Source: Amoebidium appalachense (lineage: Eukaryota > Protista > Ichthyosporea). Taken from it: a DNA stretch of 64,000 nt. The stretch lies in assembly GCA_963693365.1 (NCBI GenBank), contig CAVNZM010000001.1:10938161-11002160 (forward strand), in the 5' to 3' direction. The first letter of the stretch is position 1. Every line of letters starts with the position of its first letter. The notes below the pieces were generated by a model. That model saw nothing but the letters and a program-made list of their open reading frames with translations, was not told the DNA's origin and searched no databases. Positions 63,195 to 64,000 of the stretch are shown here, in pieces. The position numbers and the translations under genes were made by a program.

Positions 63195-63723
63195 GACTCG
63201 CTAAGGAGGTAAGGGAGGGTGGGTTGGGAAGTGTGTGTGTGGGAACAAAGAGAAGGAAAGAGAGAAAGAGAAAGAGGATTGTGTGTGTGTGTGTGTGTGT
63301 GTTACGGGGGAGGGGGCGGGGGGGGAGGGGGGAGGGGGGTTCATGGGCATGGGGGTGTTGGTACATTCACCTCGTCCTTTCTTCTTTTTGATCACCCTAT
63401 GTGTGTATGTGTGGCAGTGGTGGTGGTGGGAGGGGCCGGGGGGGGGGGGGGGGGGGATGGGGGGGGGGGATGGGGAGGGGGGGGGGGGGATGTGGTTGAC
63501 ACGGTGGCTGTGTGTGTATGTGTTTGTTTGTGTGTGCTTATGTTTGCTCTAACCTGCGCAAATTTGTGCTTGCACCCACTCACATACCAGCATATGCATG
63601 GGTTTACACTTTGCTATTTTTAGATCCCCAAGCTAACAATACACCAATTTTTTTCTGCTACAGGAAAACGAGTTCATTCTCGACCTCATCACGGCGATGC
63701 CATGGGATTGGCTGCTATATTTA
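60381..63723 (+). CDS. Cyclic-nucleotide-gated / KCNH-like ion channel, N-terminus and S1-S3 (presumably continues beyond the window)
   Basis: Exons 60381-60818 (needs removal of one G in the 60715-60720 run), 62591-62819, 63664 to about 63723. Translation [33 protein letters not shown]...[24 protein letters not shown]...[23 protein letters not shown] matches the S1-S3 pattern of CNBD-family channels. Confidence 0.8.
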
Positions 63724-64000
63724 GTAACTGCCATATTAGGCTATGTCGGTTTTAACCCCCGCCCACTCTCCTTCGTATTTTCCGACGTCAAATTTGACCA
63801 ATCGGCTTTCTTGACGATCCCGGCTCTTTGCGTAAATGCAGTTATCATGATCATAAACTACCGTCTGCTTAAACTTTTAAGGTTAAGAAACGTGTGGGTT
63901 TACTGCCAGTCGATAGCCAATTATTCGTCGTATTTAAACACGGTGGAGCTTGCAAAGCTATTTTTATCCGTGATTTTGGTTGGCCATTTCTGTGGGTGCG

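Overview
Eukaryotic genomic DNA with spliceosomal introns packed with (CA)n/(GT)n, (GA)n and poly-C/poly-G tracts. Almost all ORFs in the supplied track are microsatellite artefacts. Gene content suggests a unicellular opisthokont, possibly an ichthyosporean-type holozoan (inference only). Real genes reconstructed by hand: the last exon of an upstream gene; an originally intronless DGAT2/MOGAT acyltransferase (- strand); an 18-exon PAN3 with two different CCCH zinc fingers; a decayed Cys/His-repeat gene; an intronless secreted Cu-only SOD-like gene; PAM18/TIM14; a secreted amidase with lesions in exon 2; an F-box/LRR gene; and the start of a CNG/KCNH-type ion channel. The standout is a very young Copia-derived miniature LTR element in tandem form (LTR-int-LTR-int-LTR, 5-bp TSD, half-tRNA-iMet primer site) inside the DGAT2 coding sequence, positioned so that it could be spliced out in frame. 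Also notable: a probable CRE/RLE-like retroelement family whose copies all end at poly-C tracts, introns bounded by complementary simple repeats, several MITE families, a LINE 3' fragment and a palindrome-rich repeat array.
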